Shown here: in pieces, positions 49,768-59,085 of the stretch | Numbering within the stretch: position 1 is the stretch's first letter | How the letters are laid out: the number at the start of each line of letters is the position of its first letter | Assembly (NCBI GenBank): GCA_963815115.1 | Contig: CAWFFN010000009.1 | Location: 576,001-640,000, forward strand | Direction: 5' to 3' | Origin: an uncultured delta proteobacterium | GTDB lineage: Bacteria > Desulfobacterota > Binatia > DP-6 | DNA: 64,000 nt | The notes under the pieces: model-generated | What the model saw: the letters and a program-made list of their open reading frames with translations, nothing else | Database searches by the model: none | What the model was told of the DNA's origin: nothing | Program-made: the position numbers and the translations under genes

Positions 49768-50771
49768 AGGTGGGCGATCACCGCGTCGGCGAACTCGTCG
49801 GTGCCGGCCGTCCCTCCGAGGTCGCGCGTGCGCACGGCGCCTTCCTCGAGGACGGCGTTGTAGGCCTTCTTGATGCGTTCCCCGAGCGCTTCCTCGTGCA
49901 GGTGGTTGAGCATCATCACGCCGCTCATGAGGCAGGCGAGCGGATTCGCGACGCCCCTGCCGGCGATGTCGGGCGCCGACCCGTGCACGGCCTCGAACAC
50001 CGAGGCGTCGTCCCCGATGTTCGCGCCCGGCACCACGCCGAGCCCGCCCACCAGCCCTGCGCACAGATCGCTCACCAGGTCGCCGTAGAGGTTCTCCATC
50101 AGGAGGACGTCGAAGCCGGCGGGCTTCTGCACCAGCCGCATGCAGCCCGCGTCGATGATCATCTCCTCGTACTCGATGTTGGGGTACTCCTCCTCCTGGA
50201 TCTTGCGGGCGCAGGTCAGGAAGAGGCCGTCGGTGAGCTTCATGATGTTGGCCTTGTGGAACACGGTGATCTTCTGCCGGTGCCGGCGTGTGGCGTAGCG
50301 GAACGCCCAGCGCGCGATCCGCGTGCAGCCCTTCTCGGTGGCGACCTTCAGCGACGTGACCACGCCGGGCGCCACGGCGTTCTCGATGCCGCTGTAGAGA
50401 CCCTCCGTGTTCTCCCGGACGATCACCAAGTCGACGCCGTCGAAGCGCGTCGGCACGCCGGGGAGGTTGCGCACCGGACGTACCGCCGCGTAGAGGTCGA
50501 GCGCCTGCCGCAGCTGCACGTTGACGCTGCGGAACCCCTTGCCGACGGGCGTCGTGACGGGCCCCTTCAGCGCCACCTTGTGGCCGCGGATCGCGGCGAG
50601 CGTCTCCGGGGGAAGGACGTCGCTGTAACCCTGTTCGACGGCCGTCGCGCCCGCCGGAAACTCGACCCACTGCACGTCGAGCCCCGCCGCTTCGAGGACG
50701 CGGCGCGTGGCGCCGGTCACCTCCGGCCCGATGCCGTCGCCGGGGATGAGCACGATGGTGTGCTTCGCCAT
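49764..50771 (-). CDS. Isocitrate/isopropylmalate dehydrogenase family (NAD-IDH-like)
   Basis: IPGDGIGPEV, RENTEGLYSG, HKANIMK, NLYGDLVSDL and EAVHGSAPDIAG. Confidence 0.92.
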   Translation of the reverse strand: MAKHTIVLIPGDGIGPEVTGATRRVLEAAGLDVQWVEFPAGATAVEQGYSDVLPPETLAAIRGHKVALKGPVTTPVGKGFRSVNVQLRQALDLYAAVRPVRNLPGVPTRFDGVDLVIVRENTEGLYSGIENAVAPGVVTSLKVATEKGCTRIARWAFRYATRRHRQKITVFHKANIMKLTDGLFLTCARKIQEEEYPNIEYEEMIIDAGCMRLVQKPAGFDVLLMENLYGDLVSDLCAGLVGGLGVVPGANIGDDASVFEAVHGSAPDIAGRGVANPLACLMSGVMMLNHLHEEALGERIKKAYNAVLEEGAVRTRDLGGTAGTDEFADAVIAHL

Positions 50772-50781
50772 GATCCGTCTC

Positions 50782-51192
50782 TCAGCCGAGGAGCCGGCGG
50801 TGCTCGACCATCAGACAGCGATCCTGCACCACCGCGATGCCGGCGTCCTCGAAGGTGCGAGCGGCCGCGTCGTTGCGGATGCCCGACTGGAGCCAGACGA
50901 GTGCTGGCCGCAGCGCCAGGATGTCGTCCACGTGCTCGGCCACCTGCTCGCTGCGCCGGAAGACGTCCACGACGTCCACCGGCTCCCCGATCTCGAGCAG
51001 CGACGCGCGTACCGGCTCGCCCCACAGCACCTGGCCCGCGTACACCGGGTTGGCGGGGAGGATGCGATAGCCTCGCCGGTGGAGGTAGCCGGGAACGTAG
51101 TGGGCTGGCTTCGCCGGGTCGGGATGGGCACCCAGCACGGCGATGCGACGGGCGCCGGTGAGGAGGACACGCAGGTCGTCGTCGGTGCGCAT
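50782..51192 (-). CDS. CoA-binding protein (YccU-like)
   Basis: IAVLGA, VDVVDVFRRSE, WLQSGI and VVQDRC. Confidence 0.9.
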   Translation of the reverse strand: MRTDDDLRVLLTGARRIAVLGAHPDPAKPAHYVPGYLHRRGYRILPANPVYAGQVLWGEPVRASLLEIGEPVDVVDVFRRSEQVAEHVDDILALRPALVWLQSGIRNDAAARTFEDAGIAVVQDRCLMVEHRRLLG

Positions 51193-51333
51193 CGGCTCCC
51201 ACTGGCCTACTAGATCGGGTGTACCACGGCCAGCGCCCGGGCATCACCGCCGGGCGGACGCGTCACACGACGTCGGCTCAACCGTGCTCGATGCGGACGT
51301 ACACCTGGGAGTCAGCGCGCTTACTGGACGACC

Positions 51334-51380
51334 TTGCCACGCTGCATCTCGTGCGTCATAGTGATGCATATGCTGCATCA
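51334..51380 (+). promoter_or_regulatory. TA operon promoter with palindromic operator
   Basis: TTGCCA-N17-CATAGT (51334-51362); TGATGCA-N5-TGCATCA (51362-51380). Confidence 0.7.
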
Positions 51381-51395
51381 ACGAGAGGACGGAAC

Positions 51396-51656
51396 ATGAA
51401 GACCATCACCGTGCGCAACATGCCGCGCGAGCTGGCGAAGGAGATCGACCGCCGGGCGCGGGCTGGACGGACGAGCTTGAGCAAGACGGTCGTCGTGCTT
51501 CTCGAGGAGGCGACCGGCGTCGGCCACCGAAAACCGGAGCGGACCCTGCACGATGACCTCGATGATCTGGCGGGGTCCTGGAGTCGGGAGGAAGCGGATG
51601 CGTTCGACCGGGTACTCGCCGAGCAGCGTACGATAGACCCCGAGCTCTGGAAGTGA
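51396..51656 (+). CDS. Antitoxin, FitA/VapB-like ribbon-helix-helix
   Basis: MKTITVRNMP..RA....SL; DLDDLAGSWS; overlaps the PIN gene. Confidence 0.85.
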   Translation: MKTITVRNMPRELAKEIDRRARAGRTSLSKTVVVLLEEATGVGHRKPERTLHDDLDDLAGSWSREEADAFDRVLAEQRTIDPELWK

Positions 51657-52054
51657 CGCGACTGATTGTCGACACTTCCGCGTATTCAGCTCTCATGCGG
51701 GGACACGACGGTGTCATGGCGGCTCTCCGTGAGGCTGTATCCATCGCTGTGAATCCCATCATCCTGGGGGAGCTGCGCGCCGGTTTCCTCCGAGGCGTTC
51801 ACCGGCGGAAGAACGAGGGCGAGCTACGCCGGTTCCTCGCCTCGGCGCGCGTGTTCGTGGTCGCAATCGATGTGGAGACGGCGGAACGCTACGCCGTGAT
51901 CGTCGACTCGTTGCGCGCCGCAGGCACGCCCATCCCGACGAACGACGTCTGGATCGCCGCCAGCGCGATGCAGCATGGCCTCGGTGTGCTGACGACCGAC
52001 CGGCACTTCCATCGAATCCCCCAGGTGGCCGTAGAGCACCTTGCGCCCGCCTGA
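51653..52054 (+). CDS. vapC: VapC/PIN-domain toxin
   Basis: VDTSAY, GEL, PIPTNDVWIAA and TTDRHF. Confidence 0.92.
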   Translation: MTRLIVDTSAYSALMRGHDGVMAALREAVSIAVNPIILGELRAGFLRGVHRRKNEGELRRFLASARVFVVAIDVETAERYAVIVDSLRAAGTPIPTNDVWIAASAMQHGLGVLTTDRHFHRIPQVAVEHLAPA

Positions 52055-52121
52055 GGTTCCGGCCTCCGGGACAAGTGTCCCGTCGACGTCTCTGCAGGAA
52101 CGCACGCGCTCCCGGCAGAGC

Positions 52122-52197
52122 TCGCGCAAGCGCAACGGCCGCGCGGCCACCGACGACCCGCTCGTGCGCCGGCGCTTCGCCGATCTCGTCATTCGCG
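52122..52197 (+). repeat. Diverged inverted copy of an internal acyl-CoA dehydrogenase segment (53447-53522)
   Basis: 76 bp with about 9 mismatches by manual alignment; encodes SRKRNGRAATDDPLVR. Confidence 0.8.
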
Positions 52198-52203
52198 GTG
52201 GCC

Positions 52204-53072
52204 TCACGGAAGCACGCTTCCGCCTCCGCCTCGCCCGGGAACTCGGACGCCCGTGGCCTGCTGGCACAGCTCGCCCGACGGTTCCGAGCTCGGGCGGTTG
52301 GCAAACGGATAGTAGGCCGTACCCCCGAAGGCGAGGATGCCGATCCGGGCGCGCATGACGATCGGCTCGCCGACGTGCCCCGCGACGTCCTTCGACAGTG
52401 CGAAGCCGCAGCCGGTGTGGATGGTACCGTGGACGACGTCGGTGTGCGCGAACAGGGAGTCGAAGTACCCCAGTCGCGGATTCTGCGTGAAGCCGTCCTG
52501 GGTGAAGAACTGGGCCGAGATGGTGGTGTCGATGAGATGGCTGCCGACGGCAGTCGCCTCGGCGCAGTGCATCGTGAGCGTGACCTCAACGGTCGTCGGA
52601 TCGCCGGAGTTCTTCGCCGTGGAGGTCGGCGGCGGCGTAATGACGTCGACGAAGCTCACGGCGCCCTCGTGCTGGGCGAATTCGTCGTCCGGTTGTTGCC
52701 GGCCACGAATCCCGCTCCGTAGAAGAACGGGCTGATGAGCGTGCCCGCCGATGCGTAGGCCCGGACGTAGCCCGGTCCGACCTCGCCGAACCCGTGGACG
52801 CCGGCGAACCCGCCGAAGTTCTGCGAGCCGCCCGGCCCCCAGAGGAAGCCGTCGTCGAGGAGGCACCCGTAGTCGTCGGCCTTGATGCCGTTTCCGCGGT
52901 CGACCAGACTCGCGAGCGTTGCCCGTGTGGTATCGGACGGCTGGAGCGTGTCGACCGCGAGCGCACACTCGGAGCCGTCGAACATGACGTCGACGCGGGG
53001 CTGGACCGTCGCCCGTCCGGCAGAGACCCTCGCCAGGATGATGACGGCGACCGTCAGCGCTCGCTTCGGCAT
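52204..53072 (-). CDS. Secreted hypothetical protein, frameshifted near 52715
   Basis: Signal-like MPKRALTVAVIILA; natural-looking sequence continues in a second frame. Confidence 0.5.
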
Positions 53073-53132
53073 GCCGGGAGGACTACCGCCGGCGGTCGCG
53101 ATGCAGGCAAGGGATTCTCGGCCAGGACCGGG

Positions 53133-54332
53133 TCAGCTCGGGCGCGGCTCGCGCGGCATGCCGAGGCCGCGCTCGGCGATGATGTTCTTCTGCACCTGCG
53201 CGGTGCCGCCCCCGATGATGAGCCCGAGCGCGAACATGTAGTCGTTCGGCCACGTGCCGTCGTCGGCGACCCGGGCGTCCTTCTTTCCGAGCCAGCCGTA
53301 GTCGCCGAGGATCTCGAGCGCGGAGCGCGCGAGCTGGTGGTTCAGCTCGCAGGTGACGAGCTTGTTCACCGAGGCGTTGATGCCCGGGGGACGCTTGCGC
53401 AACGTGTCCGTGAGCTGGCGGAACGCCTCCAGCTTCATGGTCTCGACGCGGATGGCGAGATCGGCGAGCCGCTGCCGTACGAGCGGGTCGTCGGTGGCGG
53501 CACGGCCGTTGCGCTTGCGCGAACGTGCCAGCCGCAGGAGGTTCTGGAACAGCTGCTGGCTGCGGGTGGTGGACGCCAGCATGTTGCGCTCGTGGAAGAG
53601 CGTCGCGTTCGCCACCGTCCAGCCGTCGTGCAGCTGGCCGACCAGGTTCGCGCGCGGCACGCGCACGTCCTCGAAGAAGACCTCGTTGAAGCCGGGATCG
53701 CCGGTCATCTGCACGAGCGGGCGCACCGTGATGCCGGGCGACTTCATGTCGATCAGGATGTAGGAGATGCCGCGATGCTTGGGCGCCTCGGGGTCGGTGC
53801 GCACCAGGCAGAACATCCGGTCGGCGTACTGCGCGCCCGAGGTCCAGATCTTCTGGCCGTTGACGACGAACTCGTCGCCGACGATCTCGGCGCGCGTGCG
53901 CAGCGACGCCAGGTCGGAGCCCGAGCCCGGCTCCGAGTAGCCCTGACACCAGATCTCCTCGGCTTCGAGTATGCGGGGCAGATACTGGCGCCGCTGCTCC
54001 TCCGTTCCGTGCGCGATGAGCGTCGGTCCGACCATCTGGATCCCCATCATGCCGATGAGACCCGGCGCCCGGGCCCGCACCATCTCCTCGTTCACGATGG
54101 TCTGCCGCATGACGTCGGCACCCTGGCCGCCGTACTCGGTGGGCCACCCCAGGGCGAGGTAGCCCGCCGCATGCACCTTGCGCTGCCATGCCTTGGCGCG
54201 CGTGATGCGCTCCTTGTCGGGAGCACCCTCCAGCGGATTGTCGCGCCGATCGTGCTTCGGAACGTTCCGCTTGAGCCAGGCGCGGACCTCGCGCTGGAAG
54301 GCGAGCTCGTCGGGTGAGTAGGACAGATCCAT
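53133..54332 (-). CDS. Acyl-CoA dehydrogenase family protein
   Basis: WCQGYSEPGSGSDLA, NGQKIWTS, FNEVFF and IGGGTAQVQKNII. Confidence 0.93.
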   Translation of the reverse strand: MDLSYSPDELAFQREVRAWLKRNVPKHDRRDNPLEGAPDKERITRAKAWQRKVHAAGYLALGWPTEYGGQGADVMRQTIVNEEMVRARAPGLIGMMGIQMVGPTLIAHGTEEQRRQYLPRILEAEEIWCQGYSEPGSGSDLASLRTRAEIVGDEFVVNGQKIWTSGAQYADRMFCLVRTDPEAPKHRGISYILIDMKSPGITVRPLVQMTGDPGFNEVFFEDVRVPRANLVGQLHDGWTVANATLFHERNMLASTTRSQQLFQNLLRLARSRKRNGRAATDDPLVRQRLADLAIRVETMKLEAFRQLTDTLRKRPPGINASVNKLVTCELNHQLARSALEILGDYGWLGKKDARVADDGTWPNDYMFALGLIIGGGTAQVQKNIIAERGLGMPREPRPS

Positions 54333-54388
54333 CGCGGCGATGGGTAGCACGGGCCGCGGTGCCGCCGCCACCGCCGCGCCGCCGATCC

Positions 54389-55402
54389 TCACGCGGTCGC
54401 CTGGAACGCGTAGAAGCTCTCCATGGGGATCAGACGGCGGGAGTGGACCGCGGTGAAGCCCGCGCCGCGCAGCTGGGCGGTCAGCTCGTCGCGTCCCGGA
54501 AGCCGGCCGCAGCCCGCCGTGAGGGCCCCCCAGAGGTTCAGGAGCTGCGTGGTCGGGCTGCCACCCTGGCAGGCGGTGGTCAGCAGCAGACATCCACGCG
54601 GCCGGAGAAAGCTGCGTACGTGCGCGAGCAGCGGCGCGCGCCGGTCGACCGGGAAGTAGTAGACGTTGTTGTGGAGCGTGGCGAGGTCGAAGTCGCCGCC
54701 GGCCGGTCGTTGCAGGACGTCGCCCTGCTCGATCCGCACCCGGTCCGCCAGACCCCAGGCATGGACGTTCTCCCGCGCCAGCGCCACCACGTCCGCCGCG
54801 AGGTCGATGCCGACGGCAGTGAGCTCCGGGTTGCGCTCGGCGGCCGATCGGATGTGGATCGCGCTGCCGCACCCGATCTCGAAGAGACGGACCGCGCCGC
54901 GCGTAGGCACGACGTCCTCGACCGCATCGCCGACGAACGCCTCGAGGGTACGGGAAGAGCGCGCGATCAGGTCGCCGCGGAGGTCGTCGAGCGAGAGCCG
55001 GTGCGACTCGCGGAGGCGCTGCGGCGCCTCCGTGACCCAGCGCTGGTGAAGGGTCGCTGCCTCCTCGACGAGCGCAGCCGCCGGGTCGTGGTCGGGCTGG
55101 GCGAGGGCGCGCGCGAGCCGACCGCGCAGCGCATAGCCCGCGGGCGAGCGGCGCAGCTCCCCCAGGGACACGCCGAGATCGAGCCAGGCCTCGAGGCCGT
55201 CGCGCTCGTCGGGAGCGACCGCGAGCTCCGCCGCGAGCCGCTCGAGCGCCACCGGACCGCCGGCGAGACGCCGAAGCAAGCCCGATCCCGCCGCGGCGCC
55301 GAGGAAGCAGACCCGGTAGTAGGGCTTCAGCAGCCGTTGCAGGGAGAGGAGCACGCCCGCCTGGCCGGAGCGCAGGAGGGCCACGGCCGTGCGGAGCTTC
55401 AT
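54389..55402 (-). CDS. Class I SAM methyltransferase with N-terminal dimerisation-type domain
   Basis: LFEIGCGS, GDV and HNNVYYF..LRPRG; SD GGAGG. Confidence 0.8.
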   Translation of the reverse strand: MKLRTAVALLRSGQAGVLLSLQRLLKPYYRVCFLGAAAGSGLLRRLAGGPVALERLAAELAVAPDERDGLEAWLDLGVSLGELRRSPAGYALRGRLARALAQPDHDPAAALVEEAATLHQRWVTEAPQRLRESHRLSLDDLRGDLIARSSRTLEAFVGDAVEDVVPTRGAVRLFEIGCGSAIHIRSAAERNPELTAVGIDLAADVVALARENVHAWGLADRVRIEQGDVLQRPAGGDFDLATLHNNVYYFPVDRRAPLLAHVRSFLRPRGCLLLTTACQGGSPTTQLLNLWGALTAGCGRLPGRDELTAQLRGAGFTAVHSRRLIPMESFYAFQATA

Positions 55403-55540
55403 CTCGCCTCCAGTCGCCGGCTCGTACATCCGCGCGAACGCCGCCGTCAACGTCGTCCCGACCGGCAGTCGCCGCGTTGACGGCGCCGAGCGGGCTGGGG
55501 TAGGCCGAACCAGATCCAGCACCACACGAAGGGGGGCACC

Positions 55541-57037
55541 ATGCAGGAGTATCGCCTCTACATCGACGGCGAGTTTTGTGCCGCTGCATCGGGCAAGACG
55601 GCCGACTCCACCAACCCGGCGACCGAGGAGCCCTGGGCACGCGTCGCGCGCGCCGGTCGCGAGGACACGCAGCGCGCCGTCCGGGCTGCGCGCCAGGCCT
55701 TCGACGCCGGGCCCTGGCCGCGCATGAGCCAGGCGGACCGCGGCAAGATACTGAATCAGATCGCCGACGGACTGCAGGAGCGCGCCCAGGAGATCGCGGT
55801 CATCGAGACGCAGGACTCGGGCGGCACCATCCGCAAGACCGGCGGCGATCTCATGCTCGCGAACGCCCAGCTGCGCTACTTCGCAGAGGCGGCGGAGCAG
55901 GTACCCCTGCTGTCGCAGATCCAGGTGCCGCAGTTCCCCGCCCAGTCGACGAACTGGGTCCAGCGCGAGCCGTTCGGCGTCTGCGGGCAGATCATCCCCT
56001 GGAACTTCCCCCTCATGATGGCGGTGTGGAAGATCGGACCCGCGCTCGCCACCGGCAACACGGTGGTGCTGAAGCCGGCCACCGACACGCCATGCTCGGC
56101 GTTCGAGCTGGCCGCGATCATCGACAAGACGGATCTGCCGAAGGGCGTGGTCAACGTGATCCACGGCTCGGGGGCGGAGTGCGGCGAGGAGCTGTGCACC
56201 AGCTCGCTGGTCGACAAGATCGCCTTCACCGGCTCGACCGCCGTCGGCAGCCGCATCATGCAGCTCGCCGCCGGGACGGTGAAGAAGGTGACTCTCGAGC
56301 TGGGCGGCAAGTCGGCCAACATCATCCTCGACGACGCCGACCTCGACATGGCCATCGACGGATCGCTCTTCGGCTGCTTCTTCCACCAGGGCCAGGCGTG
56401 CGAGTCGGGGACGCGGCTGCTGGTGTCGGAGGCCAAGCACGACGAGGTCGTGGCACGGCTGGTCGAGCGGACGAAGCTGATCAACTGCGGCGACCCGCTC
56501 GACATGATGAGCGCCCAGGGACCGCTCATCTCGGCGCGCCAGCGCGGAACGGTGGAGGGCTACATCAAGAAGGGCGTCGAGGAAGGCGCCAAGGTGGCCG
56601 TCGGCGGCGGCCGTCCTGCCGGCCTCTCGAAGGGGTACTACGTCGAGCCGACCATCCTGACCGACGTCAAGAACTCGATGACGGTGGCCCAGGAGGAGAT
56701 CTTCGGACCGGTGCTCGCGGTCATCCGGTACAAGGACATCGACGACGCCATCAAGATCGCGAACGACTCCATCTACGGGCTCGGCGGCGCCGTCTGGTCG
56801 CGCGACGACGACAAGGCGATGGAGGTCGCGAAGCGCGTCCGCACCGGCACGATGTGGATCAACGAGTACCACATGCTGTCGGCGGCGGCGCCTTTCGGAG
56901 GCTACAAGCAGAGCGGCATCGGCCGCGAGTTCGGCATGGAAGGCATCCTCGAGTACATGCAGATCAAGCACATCCACCGGGACGAGGTACGGAACCGCGC
57001 CGGCAAGTTCTGGTACGGGGCGCTCTTCGGCGCGTGA
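55541..57037 (+). CDS. Aldehyde dehydrogenase
   Basis: IIPWNFP, FTGST, LELGGKS, GQACESG, EEIFGPV and PFGGYKQSG. Confidence 0.95.
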   Translation: MQEYRLYIDGEFCAAASGKTADSTNPATEEPWARVARAGREDTQRAVRAARQAFDAGPWPRMSQADRGKILNQIADGLQERAQEIAVIETQDSGGTIRKTGGDLMLANAQLRYFAEAAEQVPLLSQIQVPQFPAQSTNWVQREPFGVCGQIIPWNFPLMMAVWKIGPALATGNTVVLKPATDTPCSAFELAAIIDKTDLPKGVVNVIHGSGAECGEELCTSSLVDKIAFTGSTAVGSRIMQLAAGTVKKVTLELGGKSANIILDDADLDMAIDGSLFGCFFHQGQACESGTRLLVSEAKHDEVVARLVERTKLINCGDPLDMMSAQGPLISARQRGTVEGYIKKGVEEGAKVAVGGGRPAGLSKGYYVEPTILTDVKNSMTVAQEEIFGPVLAVIRYKDIDDAIKIANDSIYGLGGAVWSRDDDKAMEVAKRVRTGTMWINEYHMLSAAAPFGGYKQSGIGREFGMEGILEYMQIKHIHRDEVRNRAGKFWYGALFGA

Positions 57038-57351
57038 CGGTCGACTTCAGCGGGACGGCGCTCCGGGTCGTGCGCGCGGTACAGGCCGCCCGACCCGGGG
57101 CGCCGCTCGTGTTCGTCTTCGGCGAGGGTTGCTGCGAGGGAACGGCGCCGCACCTGTTCGCCGATCACGTCGTCGGGCCCGACGAGCGCGCGGTGGGCCG
57201 CGCCGAGGAGGTTCCCGTGCTCGCGGGCGCACGCATGCGCGAGCTCTACGCCGGCCGTCGCGTGCTGATCGACGCGGAGGAGGACGCGCTCGCGGACGGG
57301 TTCTCCGCCGAGATCGAGCTCGGCTGGCGGTTCGTGCTGCGGACGTCCTGA
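57034..57351 (+). CDS. DUF779-like protein
   Basis: GEGCCEGTAP and GFSAEIELG.RF; GTG overlaps the ALDH stop, the usual ALDH-DUF779 pairing. Confidence 0.7.
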   Translation: MTVDFSGTALRVVRAVQAARPGAPLVFVFGEGCCEGTAPHLFADHVVGPDERAVGRAEEVPVLAGARMRELYAGRRVLIDAEEDALADGFSAEIELGWRFVLRTS

Positions 57352-57440
57352 GGATCCGCTTGGCCTTCTCGGCCGAACGCTCTTGCGCTCGCGCCAATGG
57401 CGTGTAAGACATTCAGTGAGAAGTGTCATACGGAGGTCTC

Positions 57441-57641
57441 ATGAAGACCGACAAGGTGCTCACCGTGCGAGTCGCAGGACGTCGGCTGCGCAGGATCATG
57501 CGCGCACGCGGGATCAAGCGGCAATCCGACCTGATCACCCGGCTGCTCGAGGAGGAGGAGGAGCGTCTGGAATCACTGGCCGTCCTGCGCCAGACCGCCG
57601 GAACCGCCCGGCGATCCGACTTCGATGATCGCCTTCTTTGA
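57441..57641 (+). CDS. Putative RHH antitoxin
   Basis: MKTDKVLTVRV...SDLITRLL; SD GGAGG; overlaps the PIN gene; imperfect IR GTAAGACA/TGTCATAC at 57404-57431. Confidence 0.7.
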   Translation: MKTDKVLTVRVAGRRLRRIMRARGIKRQSDLITRLLEEEEERLESLAVLRQTAGTARRSDFDDRLL

Positions 57642-58032
57642 CACGAGCATCCACGTCGACGTGCTCTCGCGCCGTCTCTCTCTCGAGGATGCCATCCAGG
57701 CGGCGGGTGGCGGCCCCGTGCGCCTGTCGCCGGTGGTGGCCAGCGAACTCCTGCGAGGCGCTACCGGGTCGGCCGTCGCACGCGTCGAGGAGCTCGTGAA
57801 GCGGTTGGTTCCGATCGAGCCCCCGTCGTGGCGACGGTGCTGGGTCGAGGTAGGCCGACTCCTCCCCAAGGTGTACCCGCACCACGAGGACGTCGGCCTC
57901 GCGCGGCTGCAGAATGATGCGTTTCTCGCGCTGACCGCCCGGCATACGGGAACCCTCTTCCTCACCCGGGATGCGCACTTCGAGACGCTCCGGACCCACG
58001 TGCCGTTCGCCCTGAGGCTCGTGAGTGCGTGA
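57625..58032 (+). CDS. PIN-domain (VapC-like) toxin
   Basis: FFDTSI, VVASELLRG, NDAFLALTA and LTRDAHF. Confidence 0.82.
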   Translation: MIAFFDTSIHVDVLSRRLSLEDAIQAAGGGPVRLSPVVASELLRGATGSAVARVEELVKRLVPIEPPSWRRCWVEVGRLLPKVYPHHEDVGLARLQNDAFLALTARHTGTLFLTRDAHFETLRTHVPFALRLVSA

Positions 58033-58095
58033 GTGGCCGGAGGGTCGGCGCCTTCTCGCCTGCCGGTGTCACACCGGGCGCAGCTCGACCCGCTC

Positions 58096-58944
58096 CTACC
58101 GAAACAACGCCTTCGCCAGCTCACCGCGATAGCGGTCCGTCAGCGGGTGGTCCGAGCCGAGCACCGCGAACAGGTCGACCATCGCCTTGCGGGCGCCGTC
58201 GTCGGCGAAGTGGCGGTCGCGCCGCACGACGTCGAGCAGCTCCGCCAGCGCGTCCTCGTGCCGGCCGAGCGCGGCGAGCGTGCGGCCGAGGCCGAGGCGG
58301 GCCTCGAGGTCGCCGGGATCGGCGGCGATCCGGGCGCGCAGCGCTGCCTGGTCGCCGGCGCCGTCGGCCCGCGTGCGCAGCTCGGCCGCGAGCCGCTCGG
58401 CCTCGCCGACCAGCGGTGACGGTGGCGAAACGCGCTCGAGGAGCTGGAGCGCCTCGGCCGTCTCGCCGCGCGCCGCGAGCATCCTGGCCAGCGCGAGCAG
58501 CGCTCGCGCGTGCCGCGGCTCGGTTGCGAGCGCCTCGCGCAGGGCCGCCTCGGCCGCGTCGGGGGCGAGCGCCGCCGCCTCCGCGACCAGCCGGTCGGTG
58601 GCCGACGGCAGCACCATCTCGAGCAGCTTCCGCACGGCCGGCTCGGGCTGCGCTCCGACGAACTCCGCCACCAGCGTCCCGTCGCGGAATCCCTTCACCG
58701 CCGGGATGCTCTGGATGCCGAACGCCTGCGCCACCGCCGGCGCCTCGTCGACGTTCACCTTGGCGAGGACGAACGCCCCCTGGTGCTCCTCCGCCAGCCG
58801 CTCCAGCAAGGGCCCGAGGGCCCGGCAGGGCCCGCACCAGGGCGCCCAGAAGTCGACGACCACGGGCGTGACCTCGGACCGTTCGAGGACCGCGGTCTCG
58901 AAGTCGGCATCCCCGACGTCGATGGTCCACGCGTTATCGCTCAT
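58096..58944 (-). CDS. Thioredoxin-TPR chaperedoxin (CnoX/YbbN-like)
   Basis: VDFWAPWCGPC and QSIPAV, with C-terminal TPRs. Confidence 0.9.
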   Translation of the reverse strand: MSDNAWTIDVGDADFETAVLERSEVTPVVVDFWAPWCGPCRALGPLLERLAEEHQGAFVLAKVNVDEAPAVAQAFGIQSIPAVKGFRDGTLVAEFVGAQPEPAVRKLLEMVLPSATDRLVAEAAALAPDAAEAALREALATEPRHARALLALARMLAARGETAEALQLLERVSPPSPLVGEAERLAAELRTRADGAGDQAALRARIAADPGDLEARLGLGRTLAALGRHEDALAELLDVVRRDRHFADDGARKAMVDLFAVLGSDHPLTDRYRGELAKALFR

Positions 58945-59085
58945 GGAGACAACCCTGCGCACGGTCGGGCGCGAAGACAAGCCCGGCCTCCCCGCGTGGA
59001 AGGCCGGGGAGTAACGCATCTGCCTGGAAAAAGTAGCTTGCCGGCCTGGACCACCGGTGCTAGTCGAGCGACCCGGACACAGAAA

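Noticed and set aside
31500-52720. Single frameshifts at about 31513, 41950, 46645 and 52715 as programmed frameshifting or phase variation
   Set aside because: No slippery heptamers or homopolymer tracts; the overall indel load points to sequencing error or ordinary decay
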